From an uncultured Alphaproteobacteria bacterium (GTDB lineage: Bacteria > Pseudomonadota > Alphaproteobacteria > RF32 > CAG-239): a stretch of 64,000 nt of DNA. Positions 63,449 to 64,000 of the stretch are shown here, piece after piece. The notes below the pieces were generated by a model that was not told the DNA's origin, did no database searches, and saw only the letters and a list, made by a program, of their open reading frames with translations. Made by a program: the position numbers and the translations under genes. Within the stretch, counting starts at the first letter, position 1. The number at the start of each line of letters is the position of its first letter. The stretch spans positions 46,244 through 110,243 of the forward strand of contig CALYAY010000002.1 of NCBI GenBank assembly GCA_944393695.1, given 5' to 3'.

Positions 63449-64000
63449 ATGAGAAAGATATTATTAGCGGGTGTAGGAATTATAATAAGTACAGGAACAG
63501 CATATGCAGCCTGTATCCCGACGCCGAGTTGTTCAAGTTTAGGCTATGAAAGTTCCTCATCATGTGAAGGCGGGATTAAATGCCCCTTCGGCAATGCCTG
63601 GAATTGCACTTTGGTAAACAAAATTACTGAAATCACTACCGAGATAACCGAAATCAAAAAAGTGATTGAAGAAGGCGGCATTGGAGGAAAAGGCGACACT
63701 TCAAACTGCGTTGTCGGCTCAATTTTCTACTCTGATTGGACTTGTTCATACGGAAGTGTTATTGCAACCAAAGCACCTATCGGTGTCGTGATTTACAGCG
63801 ATAATGCCGGACATGGACAGGTTATGGCTCTGAATAGTATCGGTACTTATAAGTGGGGTGGATATGGCACGGATATTCCAACGCTTCAGAACTTTACATC
63901 AGCTTCGGTTGCTTCTCAGGATTTGGCAAGCTGTAAAAATACAGCTAAAATTATTGCAGCCGGTGATAAGAATAAATATCCAGCAGCTTGGGCAGCACAC
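63449..64000 (+). CDS. Secreted DUF1566/Lcl-C-like protein (family copy C, 3' partial at the window end)
   Basis: N-terminal ~80 aa and upstream 53 bp nearly identical to the gene at 49130. Diverges after EEGG. PAAWAAH at the window end matches the family. Confidence 0.65.
   Translation, partial: MRKILLAGVGIIISTGTAYAACIPTPSCSSLGYESSSSCEGGIKCPFGNAWNCTLVNKITEITTEITEIKKVIEEGGIGGKGDTSNCVVGSIFYSDWTCSYGSVIATKAPIGVVIYSDNAGHGQVMALNSIGTYKWGGYGTDIPTLQNFTSASVASQDLASCKNTAKIIAAGDKNKYPAAWAAH

Overview
This window is a chromosomal segment from an alphaproteobacterium. The evidence is adk placed between secY and rpsM, a long-linker FtsZ, a long-form HPF next to ptsN, and an EF-Tu/EF-G of alphaproteobacterial type. 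Small palindromic repeat elements inserted in-frame into genes recall the Rickettsia palindromic elements, so an intracellular or Rickettsiales-like lineage is plausible but unproven.

The core content is highly conserved. On the minus strand: rpoA' (partial), rpsK, rpsM, adk, secY, the spc and S10 ribosomal-protein operons (rplO through rpsJ), then tuf, fusA, rpsG and rpsL. On the plus strand: kdsD-lptC-lptA-lptB-rpoN ... hpf-ptsN, and a compact dcw cluster of mraY-ftsW-murG-murB-ftsQ-ftsA ... ftsZ. Further genes are an M20 peptidase, an SH3 protein, a GNAT acetyltransferase, lepA, cspA, a sensor histidine kinase, infA, tRNA-Ser, an ASCH protein, an M16-like peptidase, tRNA-Gly, groES-groEL, a BacNav-type voltage-gated cation channel and an A24 prepilin peptidase.

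Four normally contiguous operon junctions carry accessory insertions:
- secY|rplO holds a large Cys-rich secreted protein with a DUF1566/Lcl-like C-terminal domain.
- rpsJ|tuf holds a five-gene cassette of unrecognisable proteins.
- rpoN|hpf holds gpt, a TlpA-like oxidoreductase, a vWA / PP2C phosphatase / membrane Ser-Thr kinase triad of the TerY-P type, and an NMO-like oxidoreductase.
- ftsA|ftsZ holds a small DUF1566-like secreted protein.

A multi-copy family of Cys-rich/DUF1566-like secreted proteins occurs at 3822-5813, 43260-43817, 49130-49945, 61996-63057 and 63449-end. Its members show domain shuffling, duplicated 5' regions, and dense mosaics of short palindromic repeats. Some of these repeats are translated in-frame as a length-variable linker. 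This family and its repeats are the most unusual structure I can see.

I found no rRNA, CRISPR array, transposase or integrase.
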